Origin: Chiloscyllium plagiosum
Lineage: Eukaryota
Reading direction: 5' to 3'
DNA length: 35,716 nucleotides
NCBI RefSeq assembly: GCF_004010195.1
Contig: NC_057728.1
Location: forward strand, 48,990,848-49,026,563
The position numbers were made by a program, and so were the translations under genes. Of this stretch, positions 1 to 12,842 are shown in pieces. Numbering within the stretch: position 1 is the first letter of the stretch; each line of letters starts with the position of its first letter. The notes beneath the pieces were generated by a model, which searched no databases, was not told the origin of the DNA, and saw nothing but the letters and a program-made list of their open reading frames with translations.

Positions 1-258
1 TTTTCAGAATGGCAGCTAGTGATAAGTGGTGCCCTGGAGGGTTCAGTGTTGGGGGCGCAGCTGTTCACTTTATATATTAATGATCTGGATGAAGGGACTG
101 GGGGCATTCTGGTGAAGTTCACTGATGATACGAAGTTAGGCGGACAGGCAGGTAGTACTGAGGAGGTGGGGAGGCTGCAGAAAGATTTAGACAGTTTAGG
201 AGAGTGGTCCAAGAAATGGCTGATGAAATTCAATGTGAGTAAATGCGAGGTCTTGCAC
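1..258 (+). mobile_element. CR1-clade LINE ORF2 reverse-transcriptase fragment (runs off the window's left edge, truncated on the right)
   Basis: ORF 19..318 translates GSVLGAQLFTLYINDLDEG...VKFTDDTKLGG...LQKDLDSLGEWSKKWLMKFNVSKCEVLH, the canonical CR1 RT motifs (GSVLGP.LF..YINDL, FADDTK). Similarity stops abruptly after KCEVLH. Confidence 0.93.
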
Positions 259-797
259 AATCACCCATGTGCACAGAGACATGCATTCTTGGTCTTCTCT
301 AGAATAGCAGTTTCTTAATGAATTATATTGTCATTTCACAGGGCGAGCATCCAGATAAGGCAAAATACATATTGATTGGGTGACCGTTACAATCAGCCAG
401 TGTCAATAGTAAAGATTAAGCCATCTGCTGTTACACAATAGATAATTGGCTTCACGTAATGAATACTTTTCACCTTGTTAAATTGACCTTATAAGATCTC
501 ATAAGATCTCTTGGATTATCAACGCCATTGATAAGAATCCAATTCTAGATGCCATGTTCATAATGAGGAGGCATGAAGATGGTGACAAAATCCACAATTA
601 CCAACTGCTTCCGCCATGCTGACTCATTTTCAATGTCTTTTGCGACACAGGATCACCCATTTTACAGCATGAACAAATTGAAAATAAAGGCATTTTGTTT
701 CCTTATGTACTGATTAATTGTGTTTTTATTTTTTTTGACAGCACATTGCTAGGCAAATCAGGATACATAGGAGCCTTCGCAACTATCTATGGGCAGG

Positions 798-1340
798 TTC
801 AACTCATCATGATTTCTCTGTAGTTCCAAGTTTACAGATGGTGATGAAGAAACATAGAAACCAGTAACAGCATGAATTAAGACATTCTGCCCTTCAATCC
901 TATTCAGCTATTTGCACACTCTCAAATTATTATGGTGCAGAAGGCCATCGTGGCTTTACGGTCCTATTATCTTGTGCTAAACTCCTGCCTTTTCCCTATA
1001 TATCTGCACATTATTATCATCAAATAACTATTCAATGCCCTCTTGAATGTCTCAACTGAACCTGCCTACACCTGCAGTGCATCTCACATTCTAACAACTC
1101 GCTACGACAGAAAACCTTTTTCTGCAGATATAGAGGGAAAAGGCAGAAGTTTGGCACTACATAATAAGTCGGTAAAGCCAAGATAGATCGAATGGCCTCC
1201 TGCACCATAATAATTTATAAGTGTGCAAACAGCAGAGTAGGATTGAAGGGCAGAATGTCCAACTCCTGCTCTTACTGGTTTCTATGTTCTCCATCACCAC
1301 CTGTAAAGTTGGAATTACAGACAAATCATGATGAGTTGAA
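798..1340. repeat. Long inverted repeat (fold-back duplication): arms ~798-1008 and ~1123-1340, 114-bp spacer
   Basis: The arms align as reverse complements along their length, e.g. ttcaactcatcatgattt (798) / aaatcatgatgagttgaa (..1340); gacattctgcccttcaatcct / aggattgaagggcagaatgtc; ttttccctatatatctgca / tgcagatatagagggaaaa. Confidence 0.92.
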
Positions 1341-3010
1341 TCTTCATTTGTACATCACTTTAAGTCTACGCCCTCTTGTTCTTGTTTACAAGCAGAAATA
1401 GTTCCTCCCCATTTACTCTATCCACTCCACTCATGATTTTGAAAGTCTCAATCAGCCACCTTCTCAGCCACCTTCTCTCCAGGGAGAACTGTCCCAACAT
1501 TTTCAATCTATCTTCAATTTAAATTCCTCACACCTGCAATTATTCTAGTAAAATGCTTCAGCAGCCTCTCCAATGCTTTTGAACCTTTTATAATTGGTGC
1601 TCATTCTTACATGATGCTTCTGCAAAGGTCTGCCAAGTGTCTTGTACAAGTTCAACATTATCTCCTTGCTCTTGTACTCTATGCCCCCATAATAAAGTCA
1701 AGAACATAATGCTTCATTTACTGCTCTCTCTCTCCACCTGTCCTGCCACCTTCAATGATGTGTCCACACACACACCCGGGCTCCTCTGCTCCTGCACCCA
1801 CTTAATAATTGTACTCCTCATTTTATATTTTCTTTCAGTGTTATTCCCAAGTTTAATGTCACCTGCAACCTTGGAAAATGTCCATTGCTCGTCTAGACTA
1901 GTAATATACATCAGGAAAAACAAAGGTGTCAATACCAACTGCTCAGGAATGTCACTATAAACCTATCACCAGCCCAAAAAATATCCATTATGCTCTGTTC
2001 TCTAATCAGCCAATTTTGTATCCACATTACTACTGCTCTTTCTATACCAGGACCTATAGCTTTTTTCAAGTATCTTGTGAGATAGTGTATCAAATGCATT
2101 CGGGAAATTCAGGTATATCACATCCAAAATATAACCCTCATCAATCCATTCCATTACTCTTCAAAAAGCTCCACATAGCTAACTAAACATGATATCCCCT
2201 GTAGATTTTTTTTTTACATTCCTTACAGTGTGGAAACAGGCCATTTGGCCCATGTGCACACACACCCTCCAAAGAGTAACCCACCCAGATCCATTTCCCT
2301 CTGACTAATGCACCTGACACTATGGACTATTTAGCATGGCCCATCCACCTGACCTGCACATCTTTGCACTGCAAATCCATGCTGACTCTTCCTGATCAAC
2401 CTATCTTTGTCAATGTGACTACTGATTCTATTCTGAATAATTGTTCTCAAAAGGTTCTCCACGACTAAAGTTCAATTAATTGTTCCAAAGCTGTTGGGAT
2501 TATTTTTGAACAAGACAGTAATGTTGGCAATCTCCAGTCATCTGTCACCTCCCCAGGGTCCAAGAAAAATCGAAATATAATGGCCATTGACTTATTTCTC
2601 CCCTCAGTTTCTTCAAAATCCATGAATGCATCTCCTCTGGTCCTGTTCTCTACTTAACTTAAGTGTCAACAATCTAAGACTTCTTTATTATTAATTTTGA
2701 ATCCTCTTAGCTACAGAGTTTCTTCCTCTGTTACCATGGCAAGGGCAGCATTGTCTTATTTTATAAAGTCAAATGCAAAGTATTCATTTAATACCTTAGC
2801 CATGCCCCTGCCCCCATTTGTAAATTCTCTGTTTGGTCTGATCCTCCTCCTCTAACCACTCTCTTATTGTTTATACCCCCTTTGAAGACTTTGAGATTTT
2901 CCTTCATTTTAATTGCTTGCCTTTTTTCATTGTCCCTCTTTGCTTTTTCACCTTCCCTTAACCTTCAGTATTCCTGTTGATTCTCAATTGTATTTTGTGC
3001 CTTTCATCAG
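930..3010 (-). mobile_element. Old, decayed CR1 LINE (3' end at left), interrupted by the inverted duplication arm (1123-1340) and a SINE (~2201-2371)
   Basis: ORF 1714..1938(-) VLTPLFFLMYITSLDEQWTFSKVAGDIKLG resembles RT VLGPLLFLIYINDLD...KFADDTKLG. ~2090-2125 reversed gives a degenerate DVIYLDFxKAFD. CR1 3'-UTR-like sequence lies at 930-1120 and 1345-1620. Confidence 0.8.
2201..2371 (-). mobile_element. HE1-type SINE, 5'-truncated
   Basis: tacagtgtggaaacaggcc...aagagtaacccacccaga...ctctgactaatgcacct...tttagcatggcc.atccacctgacctgcacatcttt aligns by eye with the longer copy at 8311-8612. Confidence 0.85.
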
Positions 3011-3059
3011 TCATAATCACACCCTTACTTTCCAATGTCAATTCCTATAATTCCAAATG

Positions 3060-3365
3060 ACTATGGCAGGTTCACTTTCTCCCCATATCACCTGATACCT
3101 TTTGAATCTAGAGTATTATTTCTTGAATATATTGAGTGACTTAGTCTGCACAGTTTTGTAAAGTAGAAATTCACACAAGTTCCTCACCTTTGAGTAAAGA
3201 AAGTTTTCCTCATCTCAGTACTAAATGGTCTAACCTGGATCTTGCAAATATGCCCCCGGTTCAAGGTGCACAAACGAATGAAAACGTACTCTGTATATCT
3301 AGTCTGTCCTACCCTCCTAGAAGATTGTGTTTTTTTATTCAGATTGCCTCTCATCCTTCTAAAGT
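3060..3365 (-). mobile_element. CR1 LINE 3' fragment
   Basis: ORF 3184..3402(-) has RRMRGNL...RPFSTEMRKTFFTQR, the CR1 ORF2 C-terminal motif (RRLRGDL...F.TE.R..FF.QRVV). Confidence 0.85.
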
Positions 3366-3419
3366 ATATTAATACAGGCTCAGCACCCAGTTGCACTCTC
3401 ACGTGTGTGCTCCCCTTTA

Positions 3420-4345
3420 CCTTCTAAGTGGCAGACGTCATGGATTTGAAGGGTGCTGTTAAAGCAATGTTGGGCGAGTTGCTGCAGTGCTGGATATATA
3501 ACACTTGAACTACATATGTTTCAGGTGGTGGTTGAGGGGGCTGATAGTGTAAACAGCATTGTCCGGAATGGTGGCAATATTTTTCAGTGTTGTTGGAGTT
3601 GCACTAATCCAGGCGAGTATTCATTCACATACCTGACTCGCAACTTGTTGATGTTGGACACACTTTGGGGAATCAGGCAGAGTTATTTGCCTCAGAAATC
3701 CCAGTCTTCTACCTGCCACTCTATTTATACTTAGTTCAGCTTCTGGCCAATCGTAACCTCAATAATTTTGGCAGTGGGAAGTCAGCAACAATAATGGCCT
3801 TGAATGCTAGCACTTGTGATGCAAATGTTACTTCCCACTTATCAACTCCAACTGGAAATGGACTGCATAGTAACCAAGGAATTGTGAATAGCTTTAAACA
3901 TGGTACAATCATCAAAGAACATTCTAATTCTAATTCTAATTAACATTCCCTAATTTTGGAGGAAAGGTTATCGATGAAGCAGCTGAAGATAGTTGTGCTT
4001 GGGATGCTATCTTGGGTAACTAGAGCTCTTGTGGCAGCATCACTACCTCTGAGCAAGGAGGGCCAGGTTCAAGTGCTATCTGCTCTAGAGGTATGTAGCA
4101 GGTCTTAACGGGCTGATTAGAAAAATATCTGACCTCAGACTGAGATGACTGACCTCCAACAACCACAACCATCTTCCTCTGCACCAGGTATGACTTCAGC
4201 CACTGAATAGCTCCCTGCTTGCTTTTCATGTTCTTCAGTGTTGTTAGGGCTCCTTGATGCCATAATCAGTCAAGCAGATTGCTCTCACCACCATTCTTGA
4301 GTCAGCACTTTTGTCCATGTTTGGATGAAGGTTGTAATGAGGTCA
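3420..4345 (-). mobile_element. Decayed LINE RT fragment of a second CR1-like family
   Basis: ORF 4020..4229(-) WLKSYLVQRKMVVVVGGQSSQS. 3960-4020 reversed reads VTQDSIPSTTIFSCFIDNL, a degenerate VPQGSVLGPTIFSCFINDL. Confidence 0.8.
4025..4130 (+). mobile_element. Short tRNA-derived SINE inserted in the LINE RT
   Basis: Splits the RT between GQSSQS and VPQGS. Contains A-box-like (tgtggcagcatcactacctctgag) and B-box-like (ggttcaagt) segments. Confidence 0.55.
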
Positions 4346-5019
4346 GCCTTTTGGTGACACCATCCAGTCACTTTTAAATCATTCTGTTATATATTTCAGA
4401 CTGGCAAAGAGGCAATATAAAATCTGTGATTCCAGTTTCATATGTTTTAAAAAATGAAATGAATACTGCACCTTTTGAGACTTGTCTTTCTATAATCCAA
4501 ATAGGGGGGACGTTCACTGATTTTGAGACAGCTCAGCTATTCCAAAGAAATCCATTTGGGACAGACAGAATTTGTTTGGCCCATTTTCTTGCACTCATCA
4601 CTGAGATTGCTATACTTTCTCAATTTCTTCCTGTCTCATTTAATACCTGGTTCTGTATCATTTGAAGAATGTAACAGGAGCCTACAAATTCAAAAAGGAA
4701 TGCATAAATTCCGGCTTTACAAAAGTCACTTTTCAGCTCAGTGAAAATACTACAGCAATATTCTGGCGACTGTAAATCCAAATGTTAAATTTACAATCAA
4801 CTTTAAGACATGGAGATGAATGATGAACCGAGCTAACTGCCTTGTCTGGAACTCAAGCTTCGTAAAGAGAACATTGCTGATGTCATACATCTGAATCACC
4901 TTAAGGTCCAAGTTTATATATTTGAAGAATGAATTAAGTAAATTAAAGTATCACAGCCTCCAAATACTGAAATAACTTCACATCCAATTAATAATTATTT
5001 CTATGAAAGTAAATGTGGT

Positions 5020-5230
5020 GAACAATTCACGTATTGCAAAATCCCACAGACAATGAACGACCAGCTTTCGGTGATGCTGGTTCAAGGAAGGATGTTATTC
5101 CAACACCTGGAAAACTTCCCACTCTCAAGTTCTGCTATCTTTGCGAACCTACCTCTGACTGTACAGTAGTCCCTCATTCAAAATGAAACAGCCTAAATCC
5201 TTAAATGAAGACAGACTCACAACTTTAAGA
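5020..5230 (-). mobile_element. Ancient, highly decayed SINE (Deu-domain/SacSINE1-like)
   Basis: gtgatgctggttcaaggaaggatgttattccaacacctggaaaacttccc resembles the reverse complement of the Deu core as I recall it; heavily diverged. Confidence 0.45.
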
Positions 5231-5597
5231 CAGCAATAATAGCAGCTGGCATTTGTGCCTTCAATTTAGTAACAAGGTACAATGCCCTTCACAGGATTGT
5301 TATCAAATAGAATTTAACAAAACACAAATCTGAAGGCTAAATCAATTGAGCACTCGATCAGAAAAATATGAAGCAAATTCAGATTGCTTCCTGAGCTGTA
5401 GCCATCGTAATTTAAGAGAATTATGTAAAATTTAAATTATAGGTAATGCTGTTTTCAGGATGGAGATGGTGGAATACTTTCAATAACGTTTTCGAATAAG
5501 CTTGATTCCTCAAGCCAGTTAAGTCTTTTGACTGTAGTTGCTTAGCTGTGTATTTCCAACATACAATTTCATGGCACAAGCAGGGTTCATTTTGCAT

Positions 5598-6742
5598 GAA
5601 GACATCATGAGCACGGTGGACAACGGGGACCCAGGAGATGTGGTGTACCAAATGGCCTTCGACAAGGTGTTGCACAAGAGGCTGCTGCATGGCTTTATAG
5701 GTAAAGTATTACCATGGATAGAAGATTGGTTGACTAACAGGAAGCAAAGAGTGGGGATAAATGAGAGCTATTCTGGTTGGCAATCAGTAACTAGTGGTGT
5801 GCCTCAGGGATCAGTGTTGGGACCGCAATTATTCACAACTTGTATAGATCATTTGGAGTTGGGGACCACATGTAGTGTGTCAAAGTTTGCAGATGACACT
5901 AAGATGAGTGGCACAGCAAAGTGTGCAGAGGACTGTGAAACTTTGCAGAGGAACACAGATATTTCGAGTGAGTGAGCAAAGGTCTGGCAGATAGAATACA
6001 ATGTTAATAAATGTGAAGGCATCCATTTTGGTAGGAGTAACAGTAAAAAGAACTATTACTTGAATTGTAAAAGGTTGCAGCATGCTGCTATGCAGAGGGA
6101 CCTGGGTGTCCTTGTGCATGGATCACAGGAGGTTGGGCTGCAGGATAATTAGGAAGCAAATGGAATTTTGCCCTTCATTGCTACAGGGTGAGTTTAAAAG
6201 CAGGGAGGTTATGTTGCAGCTGTATAGGGTGCTGACGAGACCACACCTGGGATGCTGAGTGCAGTCTTAGTCTCCTTACTTGAGAAAGGATGTACTGGAG
6301 TTGAGGGGGTTGGCTTATGAGGAGAGGCTGAATAGACTGGGATTATATTCATTGGAATTTAGAAGAATGAGAGGAGATCTTAAAGAAACAACATTATCAA
6401 GGGAATAGATAAGATAGATGTAGAGAGGATATTTCCACTGGCAGATGAAACTAGGACAAAAGGGCAGAGCCTCAAAATTAGGGGGAGCAGATTTAGGACA
6501 GAATAGAGAAGGAACTTCTTCACCCAGAGGGTTGTGAATCTATGGAATTCCTGTCCAGTGAAGTAGTTGATGCTACTTCAGTAAATGTTTTTAAAGCTAA
6601 GATAGATTTTTTTAAAAAAAATAAAAGAATTAGGGGGTATGGTGAGAGGGCGGCTAAGGCCACGAAAAGATCAGTCATGATCTTATTGAATGGCAGAGCA
6701 GGCTCAAAAGGTCTGATGGTCTACTCCTAGTTCTTATGTTCT
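5598..6742 (+). mobile_element. CR1 LINE, 5'-truncated, RT through 3' tail, with stops and frameshifts
   Basis: ORF 5538..5975: AFDKVLHKRLL...WIEDWLTNRKQRVGIN...SGVPQGSVLGPQLF...SKFADDTK. The 3' end is ctactcctagttcttatgttct. Confidence 0.96.
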
Positions 6743-8310
6743 TTTTTGTATTGTTATACTGTATTCATGTAATGCAGTTTACTGCATTTATACAAACACA
6801 TTCTGACAGTACTTAGACCACTGTTTGGTATTTTGCATTTTATTTTCTTTTAATGCTCATTGTACCTCATGCTCATTCAAACACCATACATTTTCTATTA
6901 GGAAGAACCCACACTACTTCCAGATCCATATCCCTACTCACGGTTGTTAAAATTGACCAACTCTGCTCAATTCCAGGCTCTTCAACTCCATTCACGCTTT
7001 TTCCCAAAATCCTTCTGGAAACCATTCCATCTTGTTACCTCTCTCCCCCCTTTTAAAACCCTCATCTTTTTGATTACTCATTTCAAAATTCAATTTAACA
7101 TTGGTTTCTCCCCCAAAAAGAATATTTTCACTGGAATTATGTTAAAAACCATTATTTCTGACTATTTTAATTCTCCGCATTTTCAAAACTCAACTCTTTT
7201 TGTCTGTTCCTGCGCAAAACAAAGAACAAATAAAAATCTGACTGCAACTATAAAAATTATAAAAATAATATGTAAATTATAAAATTTGGAACTTAATATA
7301 ATAAAAATGACCATTTTTAAATTAAATTAAAGATAATTTGATAAATATAATACTTGAATGTCACAAAGAAAATTTACTGCTTATTTGACCAATTACTCTC
7401 AGGGGAATATATTTAGCTTATCTGTCTAAACAGTTCAGATTTCTTTAAAAAGCTAATTTGTTTAAATTAGTTTCTGCCATATTTTAGCATGACCCTTTGA
7501 CAAAGGTCACTCCAAACTATTTAGCCACAAGCTGGGAACACCCACAGTTTGAGAACTTTCAAAGCTTTCAATAAAATCTTTTGGTTCTCGCAAAATCCCA
7601 GCTTCAATTCCAGTAATTGATTAGCCCCAAAGGCCATGATGAGCTGTTGAAGTAACTTTCTTTAGATTCAAGTGAACATCTGTGGTAAGGAAATTAACAA
7701 ATACATGCTTTATTCTGATAAAGACAATGTTACAGTTTGCTCTTACAGATGTCTCGAATATCATATTTTTCAATTCTTTTATCAACCTCTGCCATTAATT
7801 GACTTTCTACTTTTTCTCATTCCCACCCCTCCACATCCTCATAAACTCCCATCCAAAGTACAGCTTGTTGAATCTAATTGGGTTAGAGTTCAGTGGGTGC
7901 CAGACACATTCCACAATCAGGACAATGCAACAACTCTTTAGATACATAACAGAACAGTGAGCATTGGCAAGCTGTATTACTGTGATGGGCATCACAAGTA
8001 AGCAGGCCAATGAAACGAAAATGCTTTTGTTAAAGGCACAGGGAAAATCCAAAATTGCTTGCTTTGATAGGTGTTAATTGACCATGTTTCACAAGTCAGT
8101 CAGGTTGGCCTTGGCAAATTCACTCAGCCATTATGTAACTGATTAAGTTCAGTCTTTATGGTGCAAATGTTCTTCCCAGGTTTGGCTATAAACAACCAAA
8201 TCTTCAACCTTAACGATACAATTACTAAGTCCTTTTATTACCTATTGATTAAGTATTGAAATGTTTCATTCCAAGTAGCATGACTTTCTCCTGATAACAT
8301 CCATCCAGTG

Positions 8311-8612
8311 TTAGATTATTAGATTAGATTAGATTCCCTACAGTATGGAAATACGCCCTTCGGCCCAACAAGTCCACACCGACCCTCCGAAGAGTAACCC
8401 ACCCAGACCCGTTCCCCTACATTTACCTCTGACTAATGCACCTAACACTAGGGGCAATTTAGCATTACCATTTCACCTGACCTACACATCTTTAGATTGT
8501 GGGAGGAAACTGGAGCTCCCGGAGGAAACCCACGCAGACACAGGGAGAATGTGCAAATTCCACACAGTCGCCCGAGGCTGGAATTGAACCTGGGACCCTG
8601 GTGCTGTGAGGC
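8311..8612 (-). mobile_element. HE1-type SINE (elasmobranch tRNA-derived SINE), near full length
   Basis: (ttaga)n tail at 8311-8335; body ggaaactggagctcccggaggaaacccacgcagacacagggagaatgtgcaaattccacac; B-box (reverse complement of gaattgaacc) near 8582-8590. Confidence 0.92.
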
Positions 8613-11040
8613 TTGCAAAAGCAGAGATTTTTCTTTCTGTTTCTAGTTTTGTTTCAGAGATGTCTTTACCTCTCTTGGTTGAAGGAACTTGACACAGCCC
8701 TTTAAGCAAGTTGATCACTGTGACAAACCACATACATCCAATTCATTCAATACAATGCTCCTGTCATGGTATATGATATGAATCTGATTTTGTTACTATT
8801 GACTTTATGATAAGCAATGCAGAATATCTTTGTGGCCCATCTGATTTTGGCACCTTCATAGTAGGTTAGCTCCAGCTACTTGTGACTCAGTTCAGTAATG
8901 ACATTAGGAGAAAGTGGGGACTCCAGAGTGCCATACTTTTTGATTCAGTCATGCCATTGTCCAATATAAACCTCCCTCATTTAAGTGTGTTGTTTTGTAA
9001 ATCATGCATCTTCTATATTAACACCATGAATAGTCAAAATCTGTTTTTCTCAGCCTATTCCCTTAAATAGATTTATAACTCTATTAGCATCTATAAGTCA
9101 CCTTGATAGTTTTCTCTAAGACATGAAAATATAATTGCTCAAGTACCTCCATGTTTTCCAGTCTAATTGTAAGAATGCTCACTTTTCAATTTCCATTTCG
9201 GATTCATTCATCCATCCCTCTCATCTTTCTATTTCATTCTGAACATTTTTCAGTACCATCAGTACATTTTTCTTCCGATTATCATCCCTATCATATCTTT
9301 CCAAGATGTTAACATGCCCTGCTCACTGAATCTTTCTTCTGTCAGAATATTTATGACATAACCCACGTCACTGAATTTATTAACTTGTAAAGGTCCACTG
9401 AACTTTGCTCTTAATAGTTCTCCAAAGAAAGGCAACAACACCAAGACCTTGACTCCTACAGCAAAATTTCAAATATTAGCCTTTTCTTATTTGCTAAGTT
9501 TTGTTTGTTGAGCTTCTTTGAGATTACTTTTAGCCAAATGCAATTTTTCTCTGAAGTCTGAGGCATAGATTGGAAGCATTAGTTCTGAACTATGGTCCAT
9601 CAACTTCTTTTAAAAATTAGTCCTCTTACCCTATGTCCATACACTAGTTCAAAAGGACTAAATACAGTGGACTCTTTAGAAGCACCCCAATGGCAAATAG
9701 TAACAAAGTTATCCCCTTATCACAATCAATAGGACATTCTTGACAATAAATTCTAGCCATAATTTCTTTGATCCTTGATCTGATTGCCTTTCTTTTGGTA
9801 AACCATATTTTGTAAATATTGAACTAAATTTTCAAGCACCATTTTTGTAATAGTTTTTCCTAAAGGCACTGCTTCAGGAAATCTTTTTAAAACATTCAAA
9901 ATAATTAAAAGATAATTAAAAGATATTGGTTCCTATTCCCGATTCTTCAAAAAGTGCAGGTATAATTGAGGTTCAGAGTTTTCTCACAACCTGACATGAT
10001 AGCCCATCTGGCAAAATCTGACGACATCCTAATGTAATTCAGGCCAATAAAAGTCCTTTAATACCTTAGCCCATTTTCCTCTTTTGTGATCCACATGTAA
10101 CTGTCACTAATGAGTCACTGTTTATTCCTCAGGAACTGGTACTTGAGGTGGTCTACATTGTTTTATCAAGACTGCTTTTCAAGGAATAACAAATAAGTAA
10201 TATTGTTTTTGATTCAGTTTATGAGTAGATGTTTCATTTGACACTTGCGATTCCAAATGTTTGCTGCATTTCTATTAAAGATGGGCTCAACACACCAATC
10301 TCACTTGCTTTGCTTGCATCTTCTTTAGTTACATTTTCAAAGTAGCATGTTGTGACTGAATTTTCAAATCGTGTCCCTGTTTCATAGATTCCTTTTCTCA
10401 CTGTCCACTTTATGGGCCTGAGATCCGTTCACATCACATCCATGAAACAATCCAGGAAGTTCATTTTGTAAAATTTCAGTTTATTTTATCTCTACTAGTT
10501 GTTCTGCCTCTCTTGGTGAAGCTATATTTTTGACCTGCCTGATTACTTCCCAAAATGAAATCAATTCCCACTATTAGAATTTATTTCGAGACTGATTCTC
10601 CCTTTACCAAATCACTGATTAATACAACTCTGTATGATACTGGTTAATAACCTCCACGAATCCTTCCAATTAATATTTTCTCCTTCATCAACCTTTCTGG
10701 AAAAAAAACAGCATCATGAGCTAACATCAGTGGCTGAATTACTCCAGTCTCTCTAAATATCTGAACACTCTTTATATTTGCCCATTACTATGACTGGTCT
10801 CACACTTAATTTCCAACAAGTGGTTTTGGCATGTCCAATCTTATTACAATGAAATCATGTTAGTTTCTTCACAAACCTTTTCCATTCCAGCCTTTGCTAC
10901 GTCAATGCCCTGCTGCCAGTTCTTGAAAGCTAAAACTACTTATTTTCGCAAATAATTTACTCCTTCAATTTCTTTGTGGATTCCCATAAGACCATTTATC
11001 CACTTCTAATTGTCTATAGGAGTACTGACAAGGTCTTGAC

Positions 11041-11102
11041 TAGATCAGAGTGGTGCTGGAAAAGCACAGCAGGTCAGGCAGCATCCGAGGAGCATGAAAA
11101 TC
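11041..11102 (-). mobile_element. Short fragment of a Penelope-associated repeat inserted in the Gypsy gag region
   Basis: agtggtgctggaaaagcacagcaggtcaggcagcatccgaggagca is nearly identical to 30809-30854. Confidence 0.8.
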
Positions 11103-12048
11103 AGCTGCAGCTTTTCTGAACTTGATTACTTGGTGCTCATTTAACTAAGTTTTAAATTTGCAGGAATGCTATTTCTGAATTCTCCCATCATAATTCCCTG
11201 AACATTCTCAAAATGTTTCTCTAAGCTCGAGTGCTCTGAACCACTGATCGCACTGCATTTCTTTTCACCATTGCCAATTCTACAATTGTCTTGTGGGGTT
11301 CCTTCCTTGTAGTTCGAAATTTCAACTGATAAGTCTCTGGCACAAGCACATTAGTATTGAGTACGTCCTCTTTGACATATACCACAGATTGTTCTTCTGA
11401 CAATTTGGCATGCACAGTATACTTGTTGAAATAATCTAACATGAAAGCCAAACCCTCTTTTGGCTACTCCATCTGTCCAGCTATCTTCTTAAATGAGGTT
11501 AAATAGCTTTTAACTCCATTCTCATTAAATTTAAGTATTAAGTGTTGGTATTAACCATTCTCTAAAACAACTACCTCTCTTCCTTCTTTATTATAAGATC
11601 TTCTTTGGCCAACCCACATTTGAACTACTCTCTGTAGTTCAAATTTTATTTTCATCTCCCTTAGCATTTCTCTCTCTCTCCATTTCAAGATTTCTTATCT
11701 CCTTTTCCCTCTTTGTCCAATTCGAGTATTTTCACATCAACTCTATTTTACTTAATACCAATTGTGATGTTACCATTTCAGATTTCCTTTCTTTCAAATC
11801 TAAATGTTTTAAAATTACTTGAAAACCTGCTTTTATTTCTGTTAAATCACTCCCAATTAAACTTGAATCAAGATTTTAAACAATCCACTGTTATATCTTA
11901 CACTTCCAGACAACGCTTAACAACGTCCAAACCCATCGTTAAAATTTATGTAATAAATTTCACAAATGCATTATCCCCCAAAACCACCTTGCAACCATTA
12001 TTTTAACAAGAAAGATGCAGAGCCCATTCAAATCTAGTGAATTCAAAA

Positions 12049-12067
12049 ATCCCACCAAGAACCTCCA
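12049..12067 (-). promoter_or_regulatory. Putative tRNA primer-binding site of the LTR element
   Basis: Minus strand reads ...ATAACA aa TGGAGGTTCTTGGTGGGAT: an LTR-type CA end followed after 2 nt by TGG, upstream of gag. Degenerate, so tRNA identity (Thr- or Gln-like) is unresolved. Confidence 0.65.
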
Positions 12068-12069
12068 TT

Positions 12070-12842
12070 TGTTATGATCCTAACTGATGCTATTACTGAA
12101 CAAGTCAGACTGAAACCCGACTTAATAGAAACTTAATTTGTTTTGGTTTTAACAAATTGGTCTCTCACTGAAACATCAGAGTGCGATACTGAAGATTTTG
12201 CTTTAATCATAAAACAAAAGTTTATTATCAAACAAAATGAAGGTAAAAGTCATATCATCTACTTGTATTCCAAATTCAAAGATGTTTAAACACAATGAGA
12301 GGACAAGTATAACCCCATTAATCCTAAAACACTCCTTCATAAATTGTAAAGAAACAAAACAGCTTTTGTATAGCACCCAAATTAGACCCAAAAAAAAACC
12401 CAGCAATCATGCAATGCTCACATTAGAGTCCCTGGATCTAACACCTCAGTAGATTTAAATCACTTGTGACTTTAATGTACAGATCTCTTCAGGATTTTAT
12501 CCCAACATTTCTAGTCTGGGACTAACTCTTCACTCAAGGTTACCTAGCTCATTAGATAATCTTCCTTTCTTGGGACACAGTATATACAGCATCCTATTCC
12601 AAGGACTTCACTGCCTAAGTCTCAAAAGTAAAATAGAAACCGAACGCCTCCGTCCCCAAGCTACTGGCGCTCTCCTTATGCTTCAAAACATGTTCCAGGA
12701 GATTCTAACAGAACTTGAGGCTCCATTATTTACCTTGCTGGCTCGTAAGATAAACAAAAAAAAAATCCATTAGTGGTACAGAAAACCCATTCACTCTAAA
12801 GCAGGCCTTAAAATTGTTTTAAAAGAAATCACCATGGCTACA
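12070..12842 (-). mobile_element. Putative 5' LTR of the Gypsy element (right boundary uncertain)
   Basis: Begins with TGT on + immediately next to the PBS, has a minus-strand AATAAA (tttatt ~12221-12226) and a candidate ACA terminus at 12840-12842. No second LTR is present in the window to confirm it. Confidence 0.5.

Larger units (their letters stand above)
8655..12067 (-). mobile_element. Decayed Ty3/Gypsy LTR retrotransposon internal region, Gmr1-like order gag-PR-IN-RT, truncated within RT
   Basis: Read on minus: gag VKEDVLNTNVLVPETYQLKFRT (11221-11451); zinc knuckle *FHCNKIGHAKTTCW (~10812-10857); protease VQIFRETGVIQPL (~10728-10770); integrase DFYWPELH*DVVRFC (~10010-10060), FPEAVPLGK (~9855-9885), FSPFELVYGHRVRG (~9620-9665), AKFSGPLQV (GPY/F, ~9385-9410); RT KVPKSDG, KSDSYHIP, INLLKGLCQVP (~8660-8860). 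Confidence 0.9.

Noticed and set aside
491..510. Short tandem duplications (ataagatctc x2; also ~3921-3941, ~9901-9923, ~13402-13423)
   Set aside because: Ordinary slippage products; not CRISPR-like and no spacer structure.
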